A stretch of DNA of 62,880 bases, the filler included, from Circinaria calcarea (taxonomy: Eukaryota): NCBI GenBank assembly GCA_051942165.1. It is 8 parts of 8 records of this genome, joined end to end, with 100 filler letters (N's around TTAATTAATTAA, not from the genome) between each part and the next. Parts side by side here need not be neighbours in the genome. Positions count along the whole stretch, not along the records: positions 7,890 to 15,675 come from JAVECS010001249.1; positions 15,776 to 23,554 come from JAVECS010001250.1; positions 23,655 to 31,431 come from JAVECS010001251.1; 5 more parts are not named here. One strand, given 5' to 3'. The notes under the pieces were generated by a model. It had not been told where the DNA came from and searched no databases. It saw nothing but the letters and a program-made list of their open reading frames with translations. Of the stretch, positions 11,901 to 23,770 are shown in pieces. Both the position numbers and the translations under genes were made by a program. Each line of letters opens with the position of its first letter. Positions within the stretch are counted from its first letter, which is position 1.

Positions 11901-13671
11901 GACCACCACAATGTGACCATGGTCCGCAGCTGTCTGCAATGCTTCCCTGTATTCCATTTTCGCGAAGTCTATCTTTATCCTTTTCTGTACTAGCTGTCGC
12001 ACCAGTTCCTCGCTGCCATGCAGTGCTGCCATTTGCAGTACGGCGTCATAGTTGCCGCTCAGCTTATCAGCGTCAATAGTACCGGTTTGAAACTTTGAGC
12101 TGTTAACGAGTATGGAAGTGAGGCTATCGAGGCATCTTTGAATGCCAGGAGACTCCGCATTTAACATTTTAGCTTGTTGGGTTACTGCGTATAAAAGCAA
12201 TTTCTCCGACTCAATATATTCGCCTTGAGATAGCAAAACATCACCTAGGCCCATAATTGAAATTAGTGTAGAGCGATCTTCTTTTCCCAACACCCTTTCC
12301 ATTACTGCCAATGTGTGCCGATAAATATCTTCAGCCTCCTGATATCGGCCCTGATTACTTAGCACTCCCGCCACATTATTCATAGTCGCTAGTACGTTAG
12401 GATGCTCCGGCCCCAGTACCTTTCCCATCACTGCTAATGCGTCTTGATATATTTTTTCAGCCTCCTGATACTTATCTTGATGGCTAAGCGCTCCCGCTAT
12501 ATTGCTCATACTCGTTAATACGTTAGGATGCTCTGGCCCCAGTACCTTTTCTATGACTGATAATGTGTGCCGATATATCCCTTCAGCCTCCTGATATCGG
12601 CCCTGATTACTTAGCACTCCCGCTGTATTGTTCATACTCGTTAATACGTCAGGATGCTCCTTACCTAATACTCTTTGTATCACCGCTAGTGCTTGTGAAT
12701 ACATAGCCTCTGCCCTTTTGTGCTGGCCTTGGTGGCTGAGCATGGACGCTAGATTTACTATACTGCTCAGCGTATCTGGATCTTCCTCGCCTAGTACACG
12801 CCTTCTAGTCTGGAGTACTGTCTCCCCTAGCTCCTCCGCCTCAGCCCGTTGGTTAATGAACGCCGCCGCTTGCGCAATTGCCAATGGCATGACCTCCTCC
12901 ATATGCTGCACCAAAGTCTTCGCATCCTCCACGCCTGCTGAAACTGTGAGCTTTTTACGCAGAAGAACTTGTGCTGTGTCTGAGTCCATCGGGCCCAACT
13001 CGATAATATGCTTTGCACTCCCAGTCAGCTGAACGGCTACCTCATGGTTGCGAGACGTTATCAGCGTAGATCCGTTAGCCGTCCTTGGAAGATAGTCCGA
13101 TAGTGACCGAGAGTCGTGACCAACCTGGTCGTATTGGCTTCTCCATAGGTGACAAACTACGTCCATATCGTCGGCATTATCAATAATCAGCACCCATGGA
13201 CCGTGGGTACCGAGCCAGTGGCCGACAACTTCCAGAATATTGGCATTCGCTTTATCCCAGCCCGGTGCGTGTGTTCTCTCTGCAATAATTCGGAACCATT
13301 TTTCCACCAGCGTCGTCGAGCTCGCGTCTACCCAAAACACCCAGATGCCTGGCCCCTCGTCTCGGATCCGATACGCATATTCAATGGCTAAGTGGGACTT
13401 CCTGTACACGTTGTCAGCTCAGATCCTCAATGTCGTGTGCTAGGATGGATATCACCCAACACCTCCTAATCCCACCAAAGCTACTCGAGAGGCGGAATCG
13501 TATCGTCGGCTCCAAAGCTGGTCAAGCTCATCTCGGTTTGTAAAGTTAGGGTCGCGATCGAAGGGTACGGTGGATGTGGGGCGTGACCATGGTTGCGCAG
13601 CGGCTGTCGAGGATGTCAGCGAAGGAATCTAGGGTAGTTTTGAAAAGGCTCTTACGGTTGATGCGAACCAT
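8935..13671 (-). CDS. NLR-like STAND protein: truncated NB-ARC + about 6 TPR + about 5 ankyrin repeats + large uncharacterised C-terminal domain (4 exons, about 1500 aa)
   Basis: ATG at 13671; introns 13655-13604, 13455-13402 and 10654-10605. Splicing gives VPFDRDPNFTNR, Walker A VGLGGVG|KSHLA, Walker B WVLIIDNADD, LITSRN and PLAIAQAAAFI. The third intron joins ORFs 10617-13409 and 8935-10497 in frame. Confidence 0.85.
11567..12050 (-). repeat. Coding ankyrin repeats
   Basis: ALQ.A...GH..VVRLLL..GA..N units; 30-nt exact duplicate at 11567 and 11747. Confidence 0.9.
12130..12845 (-). repeat. Coding tandem repeat, 126-bp (42-aa) TPR units
   Basis: Units like QEAE.IY..AL....VLG.EHP.VL..MNN.AGVLS.QG.Y; a 43-nt exact match at 12329 and 12581 (252 bp apart). 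Confidence 0.92.
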
Positions 13672-15419
13672 GGCTCGTTGCACCTGTAAGCTTGGGAGTT
13701 GTCATGGGAGAAATACCACCAAGGTGAATGGTTCTGGATGGAGGGGTTGTTGGGTGAGGTCGCTTCTCGACTTGGCTTTTAGATAGCTAACACGAGATCT
13801 ATTCCACGTCGAAGATCTCGGCTCATGGACGAGAAAGTGAGACACTGTGAGAAAAGCAGAGCATTACAGGGAGGGCACTACGTCTTTAAAAACGATGCAC
13901 AATGTAGCGGTGAAGTATGTATGGGTAAATGCTATGAAATAGGTTGTGCAATAAAGGGTGTGTGCATTTGTTCTATCCGTTGCAGAAAGGCTCGGGGGAT
14001 GGGTGAGATGGAGTGTTCTAATCGCTATTTGCGGCAAAGCCGGCTTTCACGGTGGGGCAGGACGCATGGAACAGTAACCTATCACCGATGGCCGTTATGC
14101 CGTTTGTGAGAGGGACGTAGAGGGGGTGGTGAATGTAGCGAGGTAGTACAGTGAACCTTGGCCATAACGAATTGATAAGTTGGAAACTTTTATTCGTTAT
14201 GAAGGAGTTCTCGTTAAGATTATATCCGTTATAGCTCGGAAAAGGAATGATATGTCGTGGCCGTGTATATTGGGCGAACACTAAGAGAGATATCTCTTTA
14301 AAGGTAAAACATCTTGGACCCAACAGTCTTGGATGAAATAGCCCCGGAAGGTGTAGGAAGGAATTTGTTAGCAGTACGGAGTACTGGTATTCGGGCTTTT
14401 TGACTGTCGGCCCGACCAAGCCCACTAACTTTAGGCTATAGCCCCTAAAGCCCGGACCGGATGGTCAGAATGCCCGAGTGGTCAGATTACAGGTAAGACC
14501 TTCTGTCTCAGAGGAGCGTAAACGGCATCTCGCACGTGTAAATTTCGGTAGCACCTCCAAGGTAAAGATAGCAACGACTCCCAAGACCACATTGTAGGCT
14601 ACATCTTGCGCGACCATCATCACCGGCCAAAGGTGACACCTCTATATCTGTTACCCGTCCACTTCACCTATGTACCTTTCGCAATCCTATCCATCCCCGG
14701 GTATATCCGGATCAAAGACTGAACCAGAACCGCAGTCGTACAGACACTGTCGCCTTCGCAAGATATCCCCCCCTCCAAATCATCTCCCTCATCCGACCGC
14801 GGCTCGAAGAACTTTACTAATTCCTAGACAACTCAGGCAGTAGCCAGCGTATCTACCCACAGCGTCACCTATTGTTGTTTCTTCTTCACATGGTTTGAGC
14901 AATAAGCATGAAATGATGTTTGCTTGAATCGTGCTCACAGGACACGATGTATTGAACATGTCCCCAATCACACATCCACAATATTCCTTGGCGGACTGCA
15001 ATAGGTCCCTGGAGAACCGACGGCCAGAAGCACGAGAAGATTCTCCGCACGCGGATGAGATGGTTGTTGGGGAATCGAAGGGAGCTTTGGACCAGCATGC
15101 GAGGAAATCAATGTTGTGGGAGATGCAAGTTTTCTGTATGGCCAATTAAGTCTATAGCTGCTTATGAGCTTGCCGCTATATGTAAAATGTAACACCTATC
15201 CCGCTTGTCTCGCACTTCTCCGTCTCCTTGTCACTTTACTGTTTAAAAGGGCACGCCCAGATTAGAACTAAGCGAGCGTGTGTAAATCCAAGCAAAGAAG
15301 AAAGTATCGAATACGCAATACTTTACTGTATGCTCCAACACATTTTATGATGAAGACGCGGGGAAAACAGCCATTCCTTGTGCAGTAGCCTTCATTCCTT
15401 CCGGCGTAAAGGATTGGTA

Positions 15420-15647
15420 ATGTCTAAGACTACCTTTCCTACCTCGGGTATCCAAGACGAAAACCGCTGGTCCGACGATCGTCGTATTGTTCGTATTGAT
15501 GGGGTTCGCTGCGTTTCCGGCGCTAGTGACGTACAAAAAGTCTCCGCCTGGAATGAAGTCAATGGCTCCTACGGTGCTAAGTCTGCTGAGGAATGTGCCA
15601 CTTTGGACGTCAACCGCGTAGGTGCTGTTGCCGAAAGGATCTGTTAT
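15420..15647 (+). CDS. Exon of an unknown protein, truncated by contig end (weak resemblance to RidA/YjgF-like N-terminus)
   Basis: ATG 15420, MSKTTFPTSGIQDENRWSDDRRIVRIDGVRCVSGASD...AERICY, followed by donor GTAACC (15648) and a TACTAAT branch-like site. Protein-like composition; the family call is only an impression. Confidence 0.5.
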
Positions 15648-15675
15648 GTAACCAGTTCCAGTCTTGGTACTAATC

Positions 15676-15775
15676 NNNNNNNNNNNNNNNNNNNNNNNNN
15701 NNNNNNNNNNNNNNNNNNNTTAATTAATTAANNNNNNNNNNNNNNNNNNNNNNNNNNNNNNNNNNNNNNNNNNNN
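15676..15775. other. Artificial contig spacer
   Basis: N44-TTAATTAATTAA-N44. Confidence 0.98.
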
Positions 15776-15788
15776 GCTCCCAACATCT

Positions 15789-18163
15789 CTAAACCCCCCT
15801 GGCCTTCTCGATATACTCCTGGCTCGCGGCCTCGTACTCGGCCGTGAAGAAGCGGGCGGAATTCTTGCCGAGCCACTGCGTCAGCTTGGCGAGTTCTTCG
15901 CGGAGGCGGTTGACGGCTTGCTGGTCCATGTTTGTCTGGGCGATGAGTTCGGGCATGGAGACTGGTGGGGGATGATGTTGTTAGTGATGAAAGAGGGGCT
16001 TTTGGGGGGAGGTTGGGTAGGTGGGTAGGAAGGAGGGGTAGGGGAGCAAATGTGTGTTGATGTGTTAGGAGGGAAAAGCAGCAAAGGATAGTGATAGTGA
16101 CAAACTTACCGAAAAGCCTACACAAGTGTTCGGCACCGTAGACGTCTCCCGCTCCTTTCCCCTCCCATTCCCCGGTACCGGCTTCCCAGAGCTGGCGGAT
16201 TTCGAAAAACTGTTCGCGTTCAAAGCGATAGAGCAAGATCCTCCCGAGACACTTCTCAAAGTACTCCTTTACGCCTACGACGACTTCCTCGAGGAGATCA
16301 GCGTCTGCGGAGCCGACTCGGCGCTTGCCTTTCTCTTCGTCAAAATACGTGTCGAGTATGACGTTAACGGGGGTCTTGGACGGAAGCGGGACAAGGGAGA
16401 GATTCTTGGTGACGTTCTCCCAGTCGTCGACCAGGATAGCTTTGAGGTGGTCGGGAACGAGGAGGCGGATCGCCGGGCGCGAGTGGAATGCTTCTTCCTG
16501 GAAGGGATTGTTAACATCGGTACTTTCCTGTCCATCTGTCGGGCCTCCAAATTGGGTCCTGGTGGGTTTGCTGCCGGCCTTGGGTGCGCGTAAAGGGTGA
16601 AGAGGTTGCTCCTTTCCATAACCGGCAATCATGAGCTTGAGGCTGGGTTCCTGGGCATAAAAGAACTGCCGCTTGGGTTCATTGCCGCCGTGCCTCTTGA
16701 ATTGAGGATGTTCTTTGACGAGCGTCAAGTTGGCTGGAAATGCAGGTTGAATGGAAAGCGTGTTTCCATTCCGGCCGCGATTTAATCGAGGCTCGCTTGG
16801 AGCTGGTACAGAGAGGATCTGTTCTGCGGTTTCCGTCACGCTGATTCCTGTCATGTCCTCCTGTTCTTTGGATTTGCTACTACGTCCGCGACGACTCTTG
16901 GGCAAGGGTTTGATCTTTGGAACGATATCTGGTTGCTTTTCTCCCGGAATAATAGGAGACGAGGATCCAAGTTCTGCAACGTGATCTGGATTGCTCTGAT
17001 CTGAAAGGGTTGGGGAGGAGGTTGTAAGGCCTGGGATGATATCCGGCTGGCTTTCCCTTGGAACGGTAGAGGAACGGGATTCAAGATCTGGAGTGATTTC
17101 CGGATGGCTTTTCCTTGAAACACTAGGGGACGGTGGATGAGAAGCCACGGTGCCGATGGAGTCCTCGGCTTTAACCTTGAGATTGGGGAATGTGGGAGAA
17201 GTTATGGTGGAAGAAGAAAGATGGGGAGCGGTAACATTGATGGGCCCATCAACCGTAGAAGGGATGGATTTGCTCCGTCTGGTGACCGGTTTGGCCATGG
17301 TGGTAGATGATGTTAAAAGAGATGTGCGGTTACCAACCTTGTCGATTTCGTAATCCCTCCCACGCTTCTGACCCCGTCCCATTGCAGGAACGGACGAGTG
17401 CCTCTCTTCGCTGCCACGAGTGGAGCTTAAATCTGAGCCGGCAGCTTTTTTCTTCGACGAGGTCATGGTTGGTTTTGGTGCTGCAGGTCGCTTCTGCATG
17501 TCAAGGTCCTTTTTCAAGTTGCGAGCCAGTTCTTTGTTCTCCTCTGTGAATTTCCGGAGCCGTGCCTCGTTGACCCAATCGTCCCACCTGAGGTGCGTTG
17601 GGTAGGAAGTTAGCTTAGTTTGCGGAAGACGCTACTCTGAGCAATGCAGGAAGGACAAAGATATGAAGGAGGAGGCGTCGAAAAGCTCGATTACGCGAAA
17701 GCTATCACCCCAATGAAGCTGATATACGAAGGAATCTTGAAGCTTGAGGTTTCAGTGCAGCACTGGAGACCAGTATAAGACAGTGAAAGGCTTTAGGTGC
17801 AAGAATCGTATCCAGTAGGCAGAGAGATGGTGTTCTGCCCCAGAACATCCGGGGCATGTAAGAAGAAGGAAAGGAGAATAGACGAGGCGAGACCTATGCT
17901 AAACTACTAGCGTCTATTTGTGTGAATAAAGTCCTATTACCCCTTACCCAGCAACAATCATGATTGACAATAGAAAGCAAAGCTGAAACGTACGTATTCT
18001 TCCAACCCCGATAATGGATCCTATACAGGAATTGGCTCTTCTTGTCGGTAGGATCCGATAGTTTGGAGTCCAATACTTTGGCCTCATACAGAAGCTCATG
18101 GTGGAAGCAGAGGATTTTCTCATCTTTACTATACGCCGGTTGCTGCGGCGCTGAAGGAGCCAT
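15789..18163 (-). CDS. EAF3: Chromodomain/MRG protein Eaf3 (NuA4/Rpd3S subunit)
   Basis: Chromo-barrel ILCFHHELLYEAKV..YRIHYRGWKNT|WDDWV and MRG domain LKAILVDDWENVTKN..ILLYRFEREQ..VYGAEHLCRLF|VSMPELIAQTNMD. Introns 17993-17588, 17337-16498 and 16109-15962; stop TAG ends at 15789. Confidence 0.95.
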
Positions 18164-18460
18164 ACTGCTATTTGGTAATTTAAGAGAAAGCAAGAGCCCA
18201 CGCGGCGCGATTTAGCTATCCAAGAAGGTAGCACAACGAAAGTTTGCGGCCGATGACTTATGTGTTATGCATTCCCCGTGTTGGCATCTCCGGGCAAACG
18301 ACCATCAATTCGCGACTCCCCGCCAAGACACGGGCTAAGGAGACGCGCCGTTAGCGAGCCCTAATATTCGACAGACAACTACAGATCGTGTTTATTGTAG
18401 TCCCTCTCCTCAACTCAGCTATTATATTGTGGTGTCACGGTCGCGCTATTTCGAGATCCC

Positions 18461-19107
18461 ATGGCCCCGACAGAATCTACAATCCTCACCAACTTCCTCC
18501 TTCCCCCGTCACCCCTGCCCACCATCCTCTCCCTCCAGAAATTCACCAGTCTCTTTCCCAAGGCTCAACGGTCGAATCCACAAGTCAAATACCTCTATCG
18601 CGAACTCCAGCATTTACGCGCCCTCGACATAGATGAGGTCAAACAGAACATCGTGCGGGAAGTCAAAGTAGGAGAAAAGCAAAGACGAGAGGTGGTAAGA
18701 GCAAGGAGGCGAGCGGACAAGGTGGAGATCGAGGGCTTTGACGAAAGAGAGGTAGAGATGGAGGCTCAGGTGAGATACAGGGTAGGTGGATCATTGGATT
18801 CAGGGAAGCTCACGAGGATTAGATGTTCGGGCATTCGTCAATCGAATCCGGCAAACAGCCGCACACATTGTCCAGTATCTTGCGGGGAATGGAACGTGCC
18901 TGTGCAGACATTGAAGAAGAGATTGAGGCCTCGGAGTCACAGATACAAAGTATCCTTCAGGATATCGAATCTACGGTGGGAGCCCTGAGTGATCTACGAT
19001 ACGGAAAGTTCAGTCAGCCATTGGGATTGGGGAATGATACTCGAGACAACGTCCTTGATGGTCTGCAGGCGCTTGAAAAGGTCTGCCTCACTAAGTTGAC
19101 TTCCTAA
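18461..19107 (+). CDS. NKP2: Kinetochore protein Cnl2/Nkp2 family, 2 exons
   Basis: MAPTESTILTNFLLPPSPLPTILSLQKFTSLFP..VKYLYRELQ and C-terminal VGALSDLRYGKF; intron 18770-18822. Confidence 0.85.
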
Positions 19108-19821
19108 GCTGGGGCCAAAGAAGAGTTCACATCATGGACAGCGCGAGAATCACGTCTTCTATACCGAGACGACGACGACGACGACGACGTGATACGTCAA
19201 CGTAATAGTAAAGTGATGTCTTTCCCTACTATTTCATGTTTAGCATTCCACGGCACGAATCTCATATACCATGGACAACTCGGAATTCGACCCGCTACGA
19301 CATATGATCTGACATATTAGGAGGAAGATGGAGTATAGTGCTCTCCACCGCGTGCTAATGTGGAGGCTATCATCATAAGTACATGTTTGATGCTTCCTAG
19401 GGTTAAAGCCCATCCTTTCTTAGTAAGCGTGAAATAAATCTAGGCAACCTTAGAACAGGTCTTGGATTGGGCAGGTTCCAATAATTATCACCGTTGCCAT
19501 ATATATACGCCAAAGGGTATCTTTCAAGTATCTTCCGAACGCCAGAGCACCATGCATGCCTCTAACGCCAAATAACCGTGTGTTGTTGTAAACGCTTGGT
19601 GCGGATGCTGAGATAAGTTTGTCTCCCATGGGAATGGATATCTTCAGGACGTCTCTGGCCTTTGGCATGTAACGGCAGTAAGCTCGCCAGACAGTTACTC
19701 TGCTTACTACCGGCTACCATCCGAATGACGGCAGAAGTCCATTTAGTCCATAGGCAATGAATAGTATTTCAAAGCCACCATCAATTCTAGAAACATTTCA
19801 ACCATTTGATTCCGTCAAAGG

Positions 19822-22800
19822 TTAGTTACTCTGATCCGTGGCGATCAAGGTCTGTTTGGAAGCTTCAGGCTCATCTGCAATGGCAAACCGTGCCGTCTTC
19901 TTCGGTTTCCTGCGGGGACCCTTGGGTTGTGCCATGAGTATGCCTTCAGCTGTCTGGAAAGCAACGGGCTCAGTCTTCCGTCTCTTACTTGGGGTGTTTC
20001 CTGCACTTTCCAGGAGGAGTTCCGGCTCAAGCTCAAGGGGAAACGTTGCTTTTCTTTTGCCATTGGATGCTTTTGACCTCACCTCTGGTCCTCCTGCTGG
20101 CAAAATCAGATCGGCATCGGCATTGTGCAGGCCTGGAATCTCCGTTGAATTGCGATTGAACAAATGTTGAGGAGCCACAAGCGGGGCCATCTGCTTCTCT
20201 ACATCGTGCATCTCGTCTTCGGAGATTGCGATAAATGTCGCATTTTTGATAATGTCGCTCATTGTCGAATCATCCAAAAGGCTCTTTTGAGCTTTTTGGT
20301 GTTCCTGGGATGTCATGGCTTTACGTCTTTGCAGCATCTGGTCTTCTAGTGTGTCCTTCAACACCAGTGTCTCGACGTAGACAGGCCGCATTTGCCCGAT
20401 CCGATGAGTACGCTTGATCGCTTGTGCTTCAATGTTAGGTTGCCATACCGGGTTCACGAAGAAAACACGGGAGGCACAAGCAACATGAAGTCCATGGGCG
20501 GCTTGACGCAAATCCATGATCATAACTCGAAACGTTTCTGTGGTGTTGAATGTTGTCATGTACGCACTTCGTCGATCAACTGTCAAACCGCTTGCGTAGA
20601 TCAAGTGCTGGACGCCTATAATCTCGAGGGCTTGAGCGATATAGTACGCAATGTGATCGCCTTCGTAGAAGATCAGGATTTTTTCCTCGTGATGGAGTGC
20701 ACTGACTTTATCGAGTAGATAACTCAGTTTTGCAGAAGCCGTCCCAGAGAGCCTCGTGCGGTTTAATGGCGATTCCGGCAATACCGCAGTAGATGATGAA
20801 GGTGCGGACCGTTTGAGGGCAGATTTTAGGATTGGAGACTTAGGAACAAAATCCGCATCATGCTCTTCAGGACTAATGTGTGCTTGAGGAGTTCTTTCGG
20901 GAAGAGATATGATCCGTGATTTAGTATGTTTGCTATTGACTGGGGGTGCATTCATGACACTCGAACTTGGAATCCCTGTTTTCTCGTGAGGGCCGAGTTT
21001 TGTGGGTTTCTTGGGACTGCATTTCTCTACTTTTGCTACCGACCGTCTCTGCGCATTGGTCCAAGCCTTCTCCATTGCTGCTATACCTGCTGCAGCTAAT
21101 CCATGAGTTGGATCCGATGCGTAGAGATGCTCGTTCACATATTTCTGGGCTAAGCCCAGCTGAGTGGCCCCAGTAAACAGAGGACGCGAGCTTACGTCGG
21201 TGGACAGTGCCCATGAACTTCGAGCTGCCGACGGAAAATCCTCTACGCACAATCCAATCTCGTTGAGTTCACCGAAGATCTTCCATAACGGAGAATCAAA
21301 GGAGATGCGACCCACGTCAATTGCTTTTTCTAGTAACGTACGATCTTGTTCGTCCGGATTGCTCTCTTTTTTGTCTAGGTAACCCTGACTGACTCTAAGG
21401 GTCTCGGTAACATCGTGGGCTGTAAAGCCCGTCCAGTAAAAGCCCGACTGTCTTAGATTCATGATCAAGTGATCTAAGGCTTTCCGGTTGTTGGGATGAA
21501 ACATATAGTCCTGGTCAACTCGCTCCGAAGTGATGGCATTAGCCGTGAGGACCATGAGGAAAAGGTTGATGGAAAGTTTGTCGAAAAAGCAAGGTTGTAG
21601 ATGCACCACACGATTATTCAAGGGGGGCAATTGAAGGTCCATCTCGACGTCTTCAATGCGATGACGCACGACAAGGCTTGCTAGAGTGCTCTTCAAGGCC
21701 TTGACTTTTCGCTCGCCATCCTTGGTCGGCATTACATACTTGTGCCATGAGGCGTAATCCTCTCCAGCCCTCAGATTTGCCCACGGCTTCAGTCCCAGAA
21801 AGTCGGCAACAATGTACCCTAGCTTCACAAGGTCTTTGCGTTCTTCTGCCAAAGCAATGTTCTTTCTTTGAGCATGGAGGCTTTGTTGATTTGACGTGGC
21901 TCTGGTACTGAGATCTGCGTCCCGGGTCTCATTTGCCGCGATACCCACCTCGATACCCAGTAGGCCATTAGCTGGAGTACCGCTAACTATCCATCGTCGT
22001 TCCACGTGAAGATTATGTAGGACATGAATAGCATTGCTTTTTGTTCCAGATGCAAAATTGTGGCCTTCATCCACAATGAGACGAAGGAAACGTAGATCCC
22101 TCAAGGGAGAGCGATACGGTACGATGGGTGGACAATCGCAGTTACGGTTGGAACAGGTACATGGACTTGCCTTTTTCTGCTTGTTCAAAGCAGCCTCGGT
22201 GGAAAGTACCTCTCGTTCGAAGCGCTGTCTATGCATCAATATTATATCGTACTGAAGGAGTTCAGCGGCGGAGGGGAGCTGCTGTTGTAGAGAATCAACC
22301 ACTAGAACAGCTAGGCTGTCTTCATCGATGTGGGTTGAGATTTCCTGCTGCCACTGGGCAATCAGATTGGGAGGAACTATGATTAGAGTGGCTGGACACA
22401 GACGGATCGTCTCTCCATCCGGTATTGCTGAAGGTCGTCGCCCACCTCTGGGTACCCGCCCAGGAAGTTTGTACGAGCCAATATTCTCCTCCAAAGCCTT
22501 AAGGCACGAATCATAATCTTCTCCTGCGTTTGAAAAACGCTCAAAATGAGCTTTCCACGGGATCTGCATGCGTCCAACAGTTGCAGCCGCCATTTGGACC
22601 AGCGAACCGACTTTAGGTCGGACAGGATGAAGACCCAAGGAGTGTTCTGGAGGAATCTGTGGCCAATGTCCTTTGGTTGAGAGAATGGTTGCTAAACAAA
22701 TTAACGTTTTACCGAAACCCATGGTCTCTGCTAGGATCCCGCCCCTGGCTTCATCGTACTCCCGCTTATCAATTCGGATCTGACCAGCTTCCGTGTCGTA

Positions 22801-23554
22801 GTAGAAAGTCTTTCCTGTAGGCCCCGTACGCTCTTCAAGTCGTGGATCGAGGCCTCGAGCCGGTTGAGTCTCTCTCTGTACCATGATGGCTGCCGAGCGT
22901 TGTTGGTACGGGTATAGCTTGGTTTTGAGACCCGAGACCATTGGTGTTTGTTGAAGCAGTTCCTCGACCGCAACTCTAGAGTGAATGTTGGAGATCTTGG
23001 TGGGGTCCGGACAGGGGGATGCGAGAGTATTAAACAGGTAAAAGAGGGAATCGTCCTCATGAGTCTCCTTATCGTATGACGTTATCGGTGTCTCTACAGA
23101 CCCGAGCCCTTGCCAAGCATGCCTCGATTTGTCAAGGACCTCAATCAGGTTCAGCAAGGCCTTTCTCGGTTTGAGTTCGTCCCTCGGTAGGTATCGCCGC
23201 CCAACGTCGTCCGGGAGCACATATATTCTGATTGCCCCCAGTTTGTGGTCCGACTGGTGCCTCCGGGAGAAAATCCGGATCCATTCTGCGCGTAACAGAG
23301 TCCGGAGATCGGCCCAGAGGGAGTGATCTGGTGGGACTGGCACCTGAATGCCAGTCGACTCCACCCAGTCATCACTGAAGTCTGTCACAGTTTTGGGAAC
23401 TATTGTGAGACTGCCCAGTGGCATATAGTCGTCGCCGCGAAGGTACTTCCATGCCCGGTACTTTGAATCGTGTTGGCTGCGGGCCAAATACTCCGATGGT
23501 TGGGTTTCGGGCGGCGGAGAACTGAGGAAATCTCCGCTGGGAGAAGGGATCGAC
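19822..23554 (-). CDS. SNF2-family (Rad5/Rad16-like) helicase/ATPase, 5' probably truncated
   Basis: LYPYQQRS, GGILAETMGFGKT, LIVDEGH, RWIVSGTP and VFFVNPVWQPNIEAQAIKRTHRIGQ; the frame stays open to the contig end. Confidence 0.9.
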
Positions 23555-23654
23555 NNNNNNNNNNNNNNNNNNNNNNNNNNNNNNNNNNNNNNNNNNNNTT
23601 AATTAATTAANNNNNNNNNNNNNNNNNNNNNNNNNNNNNNNNNNNNNNNNNNNN
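23555..23654. other. Artificial contig spacer
   Basis: N44-TTAATTAATTAA-N44. Confidence 0.98.
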
Positions 23655-23770
23655 CCCCAGAAATACTCCCAATAAAGAGCAAGCCCCCCCATCTCCGCAT
23701 GAACACAACCCAACCGAGCCGGCAACCACATCTTCCAACGCCTACGAGAACAAATCTCCACCCATCTATC

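Noticed and set aside
14370..14460. Short palindromes (CAGTAC-GGA-GTACTG; GGGC/GCCC-rich) suggesting a MITE or transposon end
   Set aside because: No matching second terminal repeat, target-site duplication or transposase remnant was found.
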